64,000 nt of DNA from NCBI GenBank assembly GCA_963796275.1, contig CAWCKY010000001.1, positions 192,001-256,000 of the forward strand, written 5' to 3'. The notes under the pieces were generated by a model that ran no database searches, was not told where the DNA came from, and worked only from the letters and a program-made list of their open reading frames with translations. Positions 22,378-32,380 of this stretch are shown here, in pieces (the stretch's first letter is position 1; the number at the start of each line of letters is the position of its first letter). The translations under genes and the position numbers were made by a program. Origin of the DNA: an uncultured Acidobacteriota bacterium (GTDB taxonomy: Bacteria; Acidobacteriota; Blastocatellia; RBC074).

Positions 22378-22875
22378 TTAAGTAATTGATGGCTCATCCG
22401 CAGACGGTCCGTAAATAGAAGGCACCTTGCCTCCCATGGGCCGTAAATAGGCCGAGAGCTGTCCCCGATGGTGGATCGCATCGAAGAGGATGAACCAGAG
22501 AAAACCGCCAACCGGTTGCTCCCAAACGACCTTCCCCTCGTAATAAAACTGCGCCACCCGATCCCAGGATGATTCATCCAAATGGCTGACTCTATCGATC
22601 AATTCGCTCGACCATTGCTCGTACATCTTTATCATCTCGTCCAAAGGTGGCGGTTGGACATTCTTCCACTCGGCTTTGTTTTCAATGACGACATCCAAAC
22701 ATGACTTCAGTTCTGCTGTGAGAGTCCAGACGAGTTGTTCTGCTGATGGAGAACGTTCGTGTGGCTTATAACTGAGTTGGTCTTGGGGGAGCGCTTTAAG
22801 CACACGCAAAAAGACCGGGGCTTCTGCTTTTAGTCGTTCCAAATAGTAATCACGAAGTATCATTTCTATCTCCAT
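22378..22875 (-). CDS. DinB family protein
   Basis: LSYKPHERS and FDAIHHRGQLSAYLRPMGGKVPSIYGPSAD. Confidence 0.9.
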   Translation of the reverse strand: MEIEMILRDYYLERLKAEAPVFLRVLKALPQDQLSYKPHERSPSAEQLVWTLTAELKSCLDVVIENKAEWKNVQPPPLDEMIKMYEQWSSELIDRVSHLDESSWDRVAQFYYEGKVVWEQPVGGFLWFILFDAIHHRGQLSAYLRPMGGKVPSIYGPSADEPSIT

Positions 22876-22975
22876 TCGTTAGCTGATAGTTCTTTTAATT
22901 ACACGCAATGAAAGAATTTCGAAAACCATGTGCCATGGATGTCTACCAAGCAAATCAATATCCTGGTGATGATTC

Positions 22976-24298
22976 TCAGGCTTCCTTCAAGATTTGACTT
23001 AACGCCGAGACAGTTCGATCGATCTCTTCCATTGTGTTGTAGATATGCGGGCAGAAACGGACTCCGCCGGTGGCTGCCGCGGCTATTCGGTGTTTGGAAT
23101 ACAGCAGCTCATAAATCTTCCGGCTGTCTTTTCCATCAAATGTTAAGATGCAAACGCCAGCGCTCAATTCAGGCCTGGATGATGTCAGCAGCCTGGCGGT
23201 CGGAAGCTTGGAGCAACCATCTTTTAACGCCGCCGCCAACACACGGATACGCGCCTCGATTCGGGCCGGGCCAATCAGGTTATGAAAATCCACCGCAGTA
23301 CCCATTGCCGATACCGCGGCGTCGTCGCGCTGACCCAGCGTCTCGAATTTGCGCGCGCCTTTCAACGCTGTCTCGACTTTATCACCCCACCCGACTCCGA
23401 CCACGCTCGGCCATATCTCGCCTATACGTTCGCGCCGTACGTAGAGCAAACCCGCCTCCTTCGGCCCCATAAACCATTTGTGAGCGCTTCCTGAGTAGGA
23501 GTCGCACCCCAGTTCGTGAAGGTCGATCTTGAGCGAACCGAACGTTTGTGCGCCGTCAACGTGACTGTAGATGCCTCGTTCGCGGGCTATCCGGCACAAC
23601 TCTTTGCTCGGCAATTTCACTCCCGTTGTGTTCGAAACATCTGTGATAGACAAAACCTTGGTCTTAGGCGAGAGAGCCGTCTGAAAAATCTTGAGCATCT
23701 CATCAACGCTTTCCGGCGGATTCCTTAGACTTACCCGTTTGACAGTGAACCCGATACGAGCAGCTTGCACGTCCCATGCGATATTGTTGGTCGGATGATT
23801 CTGGTCGAAGATGACAACTTCATCGCCCGCTTTCAATTTGAGGCCGTTAACTATGATGTTGTTGGCTTCAGAGGTGTTTCTGACGATGGCGATCTCATCA
23901 TCGGATGCAGTCAGCAAAGCCGCCAGTTTATGGCGGGCTTCCTCCCTGAACGTCTCGAATTTGGCGCGACTCTGAAACGAGACATCGGCGTCGAGATCGT
24001 CGCCGAGGCGAAAAACACTCTCTCTGACCATATGCGGCGAGGGGCAGAGGTTTGCCGCGTTGAGCATGATGTAGTTCGGTTTGATCGGAAACTGCCCTTT
24101 AACGAGCCGCCAGTACGATTCGTTTGTGGAATCTCCGTCGGTCAGTTTTTCAGACACTCTTGAAAGAGCATCTCTTGACCCCTCTCGGCTTAACGAGGGA
24201 AGAATCGGAAATGCGGCCACGCTTCCGGCAAGACCTCTTATAAAAGTACGGCGATTTGAGGACGGTGAGAATCGATCGTATTTTTCTGTGTATTTCAT
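22976..24298 (-). CDS. Tat-signal class V PLP-dependent aminotransferase (isopenicillin N epimerase/cysteine desulfurase-like)
   Basis: NRRTFIRG Tat motif, RNTSEA, HVDGAQ and [10 protein letters not shown] (PLP lysine). Confidence 0.9.
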   Translation of the reverse strand: MKYTEKYDRFSPSSNRRTFIRGLAGSVAAFPILPSLSREGSRDALSRVSEKLTDGDSTNESYWRLVKGQFPIKPNYIMLNAANLCPSPHMVRESVFRLGDDLDADVSFQSRAKFETFREEARHKLAALLTASDDEIAIVRNTSEANNIIVNGLKLKAGDEVVIFDQNHPTNNIAWDVQAARIGFTVKRVSLRNPPESVDEMLKIFQTALSPKTKVLSITDVSNTTGVKLPSKELCRIARERGIYSHVDGAQTFGSLKIDLHELGCDSYSGSAHKWFMGPKEAGLLYVRRERIGEIWPSVVGVGWGDKVETALKGARKFETLGQRDDAAVSAMGTAVDFHNLIGPARIEARIRVLAAALKDGCSKLPTARLLTSSRPELSAGVCILTFDGKDSRKIYELLYSKHRIAAAATGGVRFCPHIYNTMEEIDRTVSALSQILKEA

Positions 24299-25471
24299 CC
24301 TTAACCTCCATGACGATCGGATTGATCCAGCTGACCATTCATTCGTACGCTCGGATAATACTAGCCCAATTTTAGGTCAAATCTTGTGAAAATAAATGTC
24401 GCTCTCGAATGAAGAGAGTCGGTGTGCAAATTAATAGCCAGAGGAACACGTTAATTTGCGCGTACAAAAATTATTATTCAAATTTCTTATTCTCTTGCCT
24501 TGTTCCGATTCAATGTTCAGAATATCCCCGCAACTCAGTGGCGTATGCAGGTGGGGGCCAGACGCATGACATCATCGAGGTCGCTAGGACCTCGTGGTAG
24601 AGCATTTCAAATACGTCCATTCAGGCGATGTGAGGCAATTGTCAGTCTTAGTCGGAGAAGTGGTTCAGCAGGTATCTAGGTACGCCATGGCTGAATCTTG
24701 AGCTTTTTATTACACCGATGAGTTCAGGGATAGGATTGTTCCTGGAGCCGGCCGGGTGACGCAGCAATAGTTTGGACCGATCGAATAGAGATCGGGGTGC
24801 TAATGATGTTGCGTTCAGCATTTTTCTACCATCGCCGTCAGTATTCATCAAATTTTGGTAAGCCCGCTGCAAGGCTGGTTGAAATTGAACCATGCATTGC
24901 AGCGGGAGTTTGCGCATCTCGCGCTGCTGAGGACGTCGTGTTAAATCTAACGCTGTTCTGAGCGGAAATTGAATTTTGAAGATTGCAATGATCAACCTGA
25001 TGGGGTAAGGACATGTTATAAAACCGACCTCCAGCTCAGGATCGTTAATTCATCTCTCCCAGTTCAATTTAGTATGTTCAGATTGTTCAGTACGATCATT
25101 GTGTTAATTAGGTTCAGTAAAAGGCCGAGCTGACTGTAGCAACAGGTGGCCGATTTTTTTCAATTGGAGACCGTCATATTGTTTATGTTTCGGTATCTCT
25201 CAATCTTTTATGTAATGAATCGTCAGATAATTTCGTATCTAATATAGAAATATTTTTATAGAAATATTTTGTAGCGATAGAGGCTGATTTTTAACATTTG
25301 TGACCCAGGACCGCTGATTTATATAATAGTTTGCGATCATTACTGGTTTGACCTGATGCTCGGCTTTAATCTCAACTCATGAATCTGGGGCGCGGCGACA
25401 CACTATCAACTCATCCGCGCAATGGTCAGTGTTGCTGAATCTTTTCATCATCCCCCGACCTTCCGGAGCGA

Positions 25472-26026
25472 ATGAAAGACTGGGATCTCTTCTATAAATG
25501 GCTGAACCCTGATCCAGACCTCGCAGCGTCTGAATACACGAGGCTTCGACGCCTGCTGATCTCCTTTTTCAAAGGCCGGTTTTGCGCCGACGCCGAAGGA
25601 TTGGCCGATCAGACGATCGAGCGGGTCGCACAACTGCTGCCCAAATACGGTAATGAACTGCCCAGCTACCCTCGCCGCTTTTGTTATGGTGTCGCCCGAT
25701 ACATTTATAAAGAATACTTGCGCAATGAAGTTTCCAGGAATACAGGGGAACTGCCTGACTTATCGCCTGCCACCTATGATTCCGAGTTGGCCGTAGAGAA
25801 AGAGGCGTTGGACAGGTGTCTTCATCATTGTTTGGGGGGGCTCGACAACCAGAAACGGGAAATGTTCATTCGCTATTACCTTGTCAGCTCGGAAGAGAAG
25901 AGCGTTCTTCACCAAAAGATGGCCGAGGAGATGGGTATCTCGATCACTGCGCTGCGCCTGCAAATACTTCGTATCAAAGAGAAACTGCGTGCCTGCATTA
26001 CTGAATGTCGGCAGCGGGAGGGTTGA
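25472..26026 (+). CDS. ECF-type RNA polymerase sigma factor
   Basis: Region 2-like LRRLLISFF...DAEGLADQTIERV and region 4-like CLGGLDNQKREMFIRYY...MAEEMGISITALRLQILRIKEKL; 184 aa. Confidence 0.8.
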   Translation: MKDWDLFYKWLNPDPDLAASEYTRLRRLLISFFKGRFCADAEGLADQTIERVAQLLPKYGNELPSYPRRFCYGVARYIYKEYLRNEVSRNTGELPDLSPATYDSELAVEKEALDRCLHHCLGGLDNQKREMFIRYYLVSSEEKSVLHQKMAEEMGISITALRLQILRIKEKLRACITECRQREG

Positions 26027-26052
26027 GTTTAATGAAGAGTTTAAAATATAGA

Positions 26053-26082
26053 TGAAATTTTTACCCACCGCCTGTCATATAT
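26053..26082 (+). promoter_or_regulatory. Putative ECF promoter, copy 1 (TGAAATTTTT-N10-TGTCATATAT)
   Basis: Same bipartite motif and spacing as 29936-29965; lies between the sigma and CHAT genes. Confidence 0.5.
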
Positions 26083-26160
26083 TTCTGGATAGCAAATGCC
26101 CATGACGTACCTACCCCTCCCATTTATAAACTAGCTGTAACTTTGGCAAAAGAGCTAGCT

Positions 26161-29100
26161 ATGGATACACGATCGGAACAAGATAATCTATTCAGATGGT
26201 ATCTGCTTGGTGCTACTTCACCCGAAGAAGATGAACAGATAGAGCAGCGCCTGCGGAACCAAGAAATCAATGATGAGTTGCTGCTCGCCGAAGAAGAGCT
26301 GATCGACGATTACGCTCGCGGTTTGCTGCCTCTATATGAACGCGAATTGTTCGAAGAGAATTTTCTTACAACGCCCGAACGGCTGAAGAACTTGCTGATG
26401 GCGCAAGCAGCGGTTCGATATGCGGCAATCCAAAATGTACCGACACCGGAAGAACTTACAGATTTATCCACCAGTACGGTGGATGAACGCGGGGCGGAAC
26501 GGTTGCCTGATCCTTCCAGTCCGGTCGCGGCGACTCGAGAGACTCGACGGAGCGACTGGTGGCAAGTGTTATTTGAACACCGTTGGAAGATCGCTACCTA
26601 TGCAAGTCTGCTTCTGGTAATCGGGTTAGGGAGTCGGTGGGTGCCGGGGCTGCTTAGTGACTCGGAAGTAGCCAGGGGGCTGACCGCTTTGAACAATGCT
26701 TTTCGCGAACAACGGCCGACCGAGGCCCGAATGACAGGATTTGGTTATGCCCTTTCCAACGTAACCCGCGGCGGTCAAGCGGGGAATCAAAAAGAAGTGG
26801 CCGATTATCTCCAGTTGGAAGAAGCTGAATTGCTCTTGCGAAAGGCTGCGAGAGAAAAAGAGGGTGCTGAAACACTCCACGCATTGGGCAAGTTGTACCT
26901 GGCCAAGAGGGAATTCGATAAGGCTATAGAACAATTCGAAAAAGCGATCACCTATAACCCTAATAACGCGCAAACGCACAGCGATTTGGGAGCCGCACTG
27001 GTCGAGAAGCTAAAAAAATCCGGAGACCGGATGAGAGACAGGCCGGAAGCCGTTGATAAGGCGTTTTCTCACATCAACAGAGCACTGGAATTGGACGAAA
27101 ATTTGCTCGAAGCGCTCTTCAACCGTGCGCTGTTATATCAACTCCAGAATCTGTATGGACCAGCGCGAGAAGCGTGGAAGAAATATCTCGAGAAGGATAG
27201 TAGCTCCAGGTGGGCAGAGGAAGCTAATGCATACCTCAAAGAGTTACAACAGAAATCATCAAGCAGTGGCGAGGAAAAATACGAAGGCCTATACCGTGAT
27301 TTTCTGCAAGCTAGAGGGACTGGAGAAGATGATAAAGCCTGGCGGTTATACAATGATAGCTATCAGCGTCATGGAAACTACATCACCAATAAGTTAATCG
27401 ACGAGTTTCTTGAGTTCTCAAAAGAAGATAAACAGCAGGAAGCAGAAGATCGCATCCAGACAGTTGAATACATAGCGCGTTTATCCCAGCAGAAATCGGA
27501 AGATCTTTTTCTTTCCGACTTGGCTTCAGCTTATCGTCAAGCGAATAAAGGGCAACGTGAAATGCTCGCACAAGGCCGAAGCTTACGGCAGTCAGCATAT
27601 GATCTAAGTTTCAACAAGTCTCAACACCAAAAGGCTATCGATGCTTACCTCAAGGCTAAAATTCTTTTTACACAGGGGCAGGCGCCTCCGGAAGTGATCA
27701 CTGCAGAATATTGGATAGCCGAGGCCTTTCTGAGACAGTCTAATCACAATAAAAGTCTGATGGGTTTATTATCGGTTGCTGAAACCTGTGAGCGCCAACG
27801 CTATCGTTGGCTGCGAGCACTTAGCTTCAATCGCATTGCTGGCGTACTTGGCGATCAGTTCTCATACTCTGAAGCCTTGCGGTACTGTTTCGAATCGGCG
27901 AGTGAGTTCTCACTTATTGGCGATAAGAGTGGGCAGTTGAGAGCATTGATCAATCAGGCAAGCCTTTATAGATTTGTAGGTAAATACCATGACGCTCTGA
28001 ATCTTTGTAAAAGCTCCTGGCATCTGGCGAATGAAGTGGCAGCGGATGACCGTTGGACCATAATTCTATATGCGATCGCCGGTTGGAGCTACTATAGACT
28101 TGGGCTTTACTCCGCTGCACTTGAATTTCAAAAAGAGTCAGTGAGGATAGCGGAGAAGATAGACGTACCTCAAGCGATCTCGCGTTATAGCGTCTATGCA
28201 GGACTCATCTATAGCAGATTGAAAGATTATGACACGGCGATTTCATCTATTGAACGCGGGCTGAACATAGGTCAGCAACAGAAACACTCATCTGCCGACC
28301 AGGATATGATCAACTATGCACGACTGTATCTTGGTCAGGTCTACCGCGAAGCGGGAAGGCCTGCTGAAGCAATAAAAGTTCATGAGCAGGCAGCTGAGTT
28401 CTATAGGAAGAGCGGATGGGAGGCGAATTCCTATATAACTGCAAAGGAAATTTTGCTTGACCAAATTGCATTGGGTGATATCTCCTCCGCCCATCGACAA
28501 CTCGGTCTTGTATTAGAATTCCTCGAAGAACACCGAAAGAAGATCCTCCAACAGAGCTATCGCAACAGCTTCTTCGACATGGAACAAGGCGTGTATGACA
28601 TTGCGATCGGCTTTGCTTATGAAACTCTGGACCAACCTGAGCAGGCGTTTGATTACTCTGAATTGAGCCGAGCCAGATCCCTGCTCGACTCCGCGACATT
28701 GACCAGTCAAATAATTAACGATCTCGCAATTCCCGAAGAGGTACTCTCAGGTTCGACTCGCCCAATGACACTCGCTGAGATTCAGCCCCACATTCCAGTG
28801 GAGACTCAAATCCTGCAATATGCAGTGCTCAAAGATCGTGTGGTTGCCTGGGTTGTTACCAGAGAGCGGGTTGAGAGTCGCGCAATCGCGCTCGATGCAG
28901 AGGAACTGTCTACCAGGGTGAAGGCCTATTTGAGTCAGGTATCAAAGCCCGCCGCCGAAGTCGATCAGAGTCTGCGCAAAATGTCTTCTGCGCTCTATCA
29001 GAGTCTCATCGCTCCGGTCGAAAACTTACTGGATAAGAAACGAAAGCTTTGCATTGTAGCCGACAAGATTCTCAATTTTTTGCCCTATAGTTCCCTGATC

Positions 29101-29850
29101 TCACCGCGCACAGGGAGGTATCTGATCGAGGACTATTCTCTGCTTTTTGCACCCAGTTCTACGCTATTCGTCCGCACCACTGAGAACGCCGAACGAAAGG
29201 CGAGAACGGGAACAGAAAGGCTTCTGAGTGTTGGTAATCCGGTTTTCGATCAAAACGTATTTGACCTTCCGGATCTGTCATCAGCCGCCACCGAAGCCAA
29301 GGCAATAAATACTATTTACGGCGGTGGTATCTCCTTAGTCGGCAAATATGCGACAAAAAAATCGCTATTGAAGGAGATTGAGCGATCCGACGTCGTGCAT
29401 CTGGCTATGCATTACGACCCGGACGAAAGATCGCCGATGCTATCGAGATTGATTCTCGCGAGAGGTTCGAACTCAAAGGATGAGGCGGAAAGCACATTAG
29501 CCCTACACGAAGTTTATGGATTGAAGCTATCGAAGGCTAGACTGGTAGTCCTTTCGTCCTGTCAGACCAATGCCGAACAATATTTTGACGGGGAAGGATC
29601 GATCGGTTTGTCTCATGCATTCGAATCGGTTGGTGTGCCTCTCGTAGTCTCCAGCCTCTGGCAAGCCAACTCCGACACGACCGCAAAACTTATGATCAGA
29701 TTTCATTCCCTCCGCAAGATGTCTGGTGCATCGACAGTCGATGCCCTCAGAGAAGCCCAAATCGAGATGCTGCGCGCCTTGGATAAGCGACTGCAGCACC
29801 CTTACTACTGGGCCGCATTCATCGTAGGTGGTGGATACAGTCGATTTTAG
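26161..29850 (+). CDS. Anti-sigma-like / TM / TPR / CHAT (caspase-like) protease
   Basis: N-terminal YLLG...EEELIDDYARGLL helical domain, hydrophobic segment WKIATYASLLLVIGLG, TPRs (ALFNRALLYQ), then CHAT: SELSRARSLLD, LYQSLIAPV, VVHLAMH, LVVLSSCQT, VSSLW and HPYYWAAF. Confidence 0.9.
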   Translation: MDTRSEQDNLFRWYLLGATSPEEDEQIEQRLRNQEINDELLLAEEELIDDYARGLLPLYERELFEENFLTTPERLKNLLMAQAAVRYAAIQNVPTPEELTDLSTSTVDERGAERLPDPSSPVAATRETRRSDWWQVLFEHRWKIATYASLLLVIGLGSRWVPGLLSDSEVARGLTALNNAFREQRPTEARMTGFGYALSNVTRGGQAGNQKEVADYLQLEEAELLLRKAAREKEGAETLHALGKLYLAKREFDKAIEQFEKAITYNPNNAQTHSDLGAALVEKLKKSGDRMRDRPEAVDKAFSHINRALELDENLLEALFNRALLYQLQNLYGPAREAWKKYLEKDSSSRWAEEANAYLKELQQKSSSSGEEKYEGLYRDFLQARGTGEDDKAWRLYNDSYQRHGNYITNKLIDEFLEFSKEDKQQEAEDRIQTVEYIARLSQQKSEDLFLSDLASAYRQANKGQREMLAQGRSLRQSAYDLSFNKSQHQKAIDAYLKAKILFTQGQAPPEVITAEYWIAEAFLRQSNHNKSLMGLLSVAETCERQRYRWLRALSFNRIAGVLGDQFSYSEALRYCFESASEFSLIGDKSGQLRALINQASLYRFVGKYHDALNLCKSSWHLANEVAADDRWTIILYAIAGWSYYRLGLYSAALEFQKESVRIAEKIDVPQAISRYSVYAGLIYSRLKDYDTAISSIERGLNIGQQQKHSSADQDMINYARLYLGQVYREAGRPAEAIKVHEQAAEFYRKSGWEANSYITAKEILLDQIALGDISSAHRQLGLVLEFLEEHRKKILQQSYRNSFFDMEQGVYDIAIGFAYETLDQPEQAFDYSELSRARSLLDSATLTSQIINDLAIPEEVLSGSTRPMTLAEIQPHIPVETQILQYAVLKDRVVAWVVTRERVESRAIALDAEELSTRVKAYLSQVSKPAAEVDQSLRKMSSALYQSLIAPVENLLDKKRKLCIVADKILNFLPYSSLISPRTGRYLIEDYSLLFAPSSTLFVRTTENAERKARTGTERLLSVGNPVFDQNVFDLPDLSSAATEAKAINTIYGGGISLVGKYATKKSLLKEIERSDVVHLAMHYDPDERSPMLSRLILARGSNSKDEAESTLALHEVYGLKLSKARLVVLSSCQTNAEQYFDGEGSIGLSHAFESVGVPLVVSSLWQANSDTTAKLMIRFHSLRKMSGASTVDALREAQIEMLRALDKRLQHPYYWAAFIVGGGYSRF

Positions 29851-29935
29851 TCAGATAATGATTTCGGGAAAAAATTTGCAATTGGAGTATCGCCATTACA
29901 GCTGCCGACGACACGAGCCTGGGTGATAAATGTTG

Positions 29936-29965
29936 TGAAATTTTTTGCACATGTCTGACATATAT
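29936..29965 (+). promoter_or_regulatory. Putative ECF promoter, copy 2 (TGAAATTTTT-N10-TGACATATAT)
   Basis: Matches 26053-26082 at 19 of the 20 box positions, with an unrelated spacer. Confidence 0.5.
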
Positions 29966-30081
29966 ATACGGGAGCCAGACACCGGACATTGAATATGCTC
30001 TCAGCTTGAAACTAAAAGAGAATTTCCTCAGGTGCCACTCCTCGGCAGGATTTCGTAGTAGGGAGAGAAATAAAATGAGAA

Positions 30082-30313
30082 ATGTGCAAAATAAAGCTAA
30101 TGGAAGCAACGTTGGCGGATCTAAGCGCCAGCGGCGCGGAATGTTTATAGCACTCGATCATTTAAATCTCGCAAGCTCCGGAGGAGCTGCATATCGACAT
30201 TCAGCTGTCGTTCTTCCAGAGCTTGGATGAACATAATCATCAAAGCTATAAACATTGGGCTCCTCCAGAGCTGCTCAGGAGTTATGGGTAACGACCAACC
30301 TTAATTTGCACAC
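30082..30313. repeat. Nested inverted-repeat (REP/MITE-like) element
   Basis: Outer GTGCAAAATAAAG / CTTAATTTGCAC, perfect inner AATGTTTATAGC (30140) / GCTATAAACATT (30245), and AGCTCCGGAGGAGCT-type palindromes. Confidence 0.6.
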
Positions 30314-30527
30314 TCTTCAAATAAAAAATCACTGCTGATCGTAAGTGGATGTTGCACCTTTTTCTAAATGAAATATGCGGGATTGGAACAGAAATAACCG
30401 CGGATATTCACAGATGCGACGGATCAACCGGATTATTCGTAACGATTCGTCGCAGCCGTGAATATCTGTGCGGAATTATCTTTCTCAATGTCGCTTGCTC
30501 CAATTTCAATAGCGAAGGAGAAGAACA

Positions 30528-31571
30528 ATGGTAGAAGTGCAAGGCAATATTGTGAGACTTTATCTGGAAGGCTTGATGTTCTTTGCGCACAATGAGGAAC
30601 AAAAACAACTTGAAGCCGGCATCCTCAATGTTGACGATGTGCATAATTTGAAAGTCAGAACATTTAGTCGAAAGTCGGCAAAACCAGGCGCATGTTTTGA
30701 TGAAGTCTGGAAAGAAGGAGAGCCTGAGTACATTCCCGATAGCGATCTTCGGCTCTATGAGCAAGGGGAACTCACCATTTTGTCCCATGGAGGTGAGTCC
30801 AAAAATATAGTCTCACCAATGGTGCCCCGAAACCGTGAAGTATGGATGCCTCTCAATTTGATCCCTGATTTTGAAGACATTGTTGGAAGTAGGGTGAAGT
30901 TGGATAGAAGCAAGGTGAAACCGGTCTTGAGCATTGCCGGTGGCAATTTCTTCTCGGTACTCAGGCCCGATCACGTGGAAGCTGCGAAGCCTCTTGAGAA
31001 AAGAGCCGACACGCGCGGATTTATCCCGACTTATCGTCTGGAAAAAGATCAACTTAGACACTTTAAAGCCAAGGCGAGTAGAGAAATTGTATCAGTAGAA
31101 GACCTGATAAATTTGGGGGTTGCAGCCAAGGATCTTGGCATTCGGTCGTACACCGCAGCAACTATGATCACATTAAATAAAGACGAGGAGTTGGTTTGCG
31201 TGCTGAAAAGCGAGCAAGGCGAGCAGAGGGAGCTCTTTAGAGTAAAGTATGCCCCCAACCGTGAAGCTAAAGTAGTACTGGTAAACGGCGTGACTAAGCA
31301 TGAAGACAGTTCACACCTACATTCTCACTCTGGAGGGGGGGATAGCGATCTCGTAAACTTTTTTCACTTTCTTCACTATTACGAAGCCATAAAAAAAATC
31401 AGTGAGAAGAAGCAATTTCTTCTGGCTAATGAAGAGATGTTAGTGGAATTCTCGAAGAATGATACTGAGAACGAGGTTGAGACCTTGCAAGGGGAAGAGG
31501 AAAATCCTACCGGAGGTAACGATCCTACTTGCCCGGCAGTGACTATGTCAAGGAGCTTGTTTACTGATTAG
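30528..31571 (+). CDS. Hypothetical protein, CHAT-associated paralog 1
   Basis: GAAGGAGA RBS, 347-aa ORF, colinear homolog at 32584..33597; no recognisable family. Confidence 0.85.
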   Translation: MVEVQGNIVRLYLEGLMFFAHNEEQKQLEAGILNVDDVHNLKVRTFSRKSAKPGACFDEVWKEGEPEYIPDSDLRLYEQGELTILSHGGESKNIVSPMVPRNREVWMPLNLIPDFEDIVGSRVKLDRSKVKPVLSIAGGNFFSVLRPDHVEAAKPLEKRADTRGFIPTYRLEKDQLRHFKAKASREIVSVEDLINLGVAAKDLGIRSYTAATMITLNKDEELVCVLKSEQGEQRELFRVKYAPNREAKVVLVNGVTKHEDSSHLHSHSGGGDSDLVNFFHFLHYYEAIKKISEKKQFLLANEEMLVEFSKNDTENEVETLQGEEENPTGGNDPTCPAVTMSRSLFTD

Positions 31572-31592
31572 AAGCAGGACAATAGGCTAGTA

Positions 31593-31677
31593 GCCCGCAT
31601 CTGTGAACGCGATTACACATGGACAGATCCTGAATTTCGCTAAGAGCTCTGGGGTTGCGTTTTCACTTGATGCGGGC
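31593..31677 (+). other. Conserved 3' stem-loop after paralog 1
   Basis: GCCCGCATC-t-GTGAA...TTCAC-tt-GATGCGGGC; homologous to 33625-33709. Confidence 0.5.
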
Positions 31678-32380
31678 ACTTTGGCGACAATTGGACAGAG
31701 TGTTTTCACCTGGAGTCCGCAGTCCCGAACAATGTGGACGCGCTCTCACGCAACACTCTTACTTTAAGTCGTACGTGGATTTGTAGGAAAAATGTTAATT
31801 CGAATATTGTGTTGATCAACCTGTTAGGAATATGGAAATATCTATGGGCCCCGCTTCTTCTCAGAATCGTTGATTCTCTTCTTTCATATCATTCATTGGT
31901 TTCCTTAGCTGCCGACAAAAATGTGGCTGGCAATGGCTGATATCCTTCCCAGCTTCCAATAAATAACTTACAAATGGCTTCTGATCTCCTCGCTTCCGCT
32001 TTGTTCCAGAGTATCGCTGGAAATTTCGTGTCGAGATGCATTTTTTTTTCGTAGCTAAGAAGGGTTCGGAGCTGAGACGCATTGACATCACATACAATAG
32101 CCTGATACATCTTTCGCAGGCAGAGTAGTAGATGAACTACTGGTTAGTTGTACTCCATTAGACTCGATGATGTCATACCTATCCGACCTGTAACAGCCAG
32201 TGGGTAGCAGCGGTGTTTTGAACACTCGGCTGAAATGCAAGGGAGATAAGGATTGTGAATATAAGTGTGTTAGCGATCTGTTTTTTCCACGAACCCTCAC
32301 GTTGACCAAAGCTGTAAGCCATTAAGCTAAGAACGAAGTAAGAGTTTATTTGTTACAACCAATCTCCATGGAGGACATGA

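Noticed and set aside
24648-24995. 115-aa minus-strand ORF in the island
   Set aside because: No RBS or recognisable motif; cannot be supported as a gene
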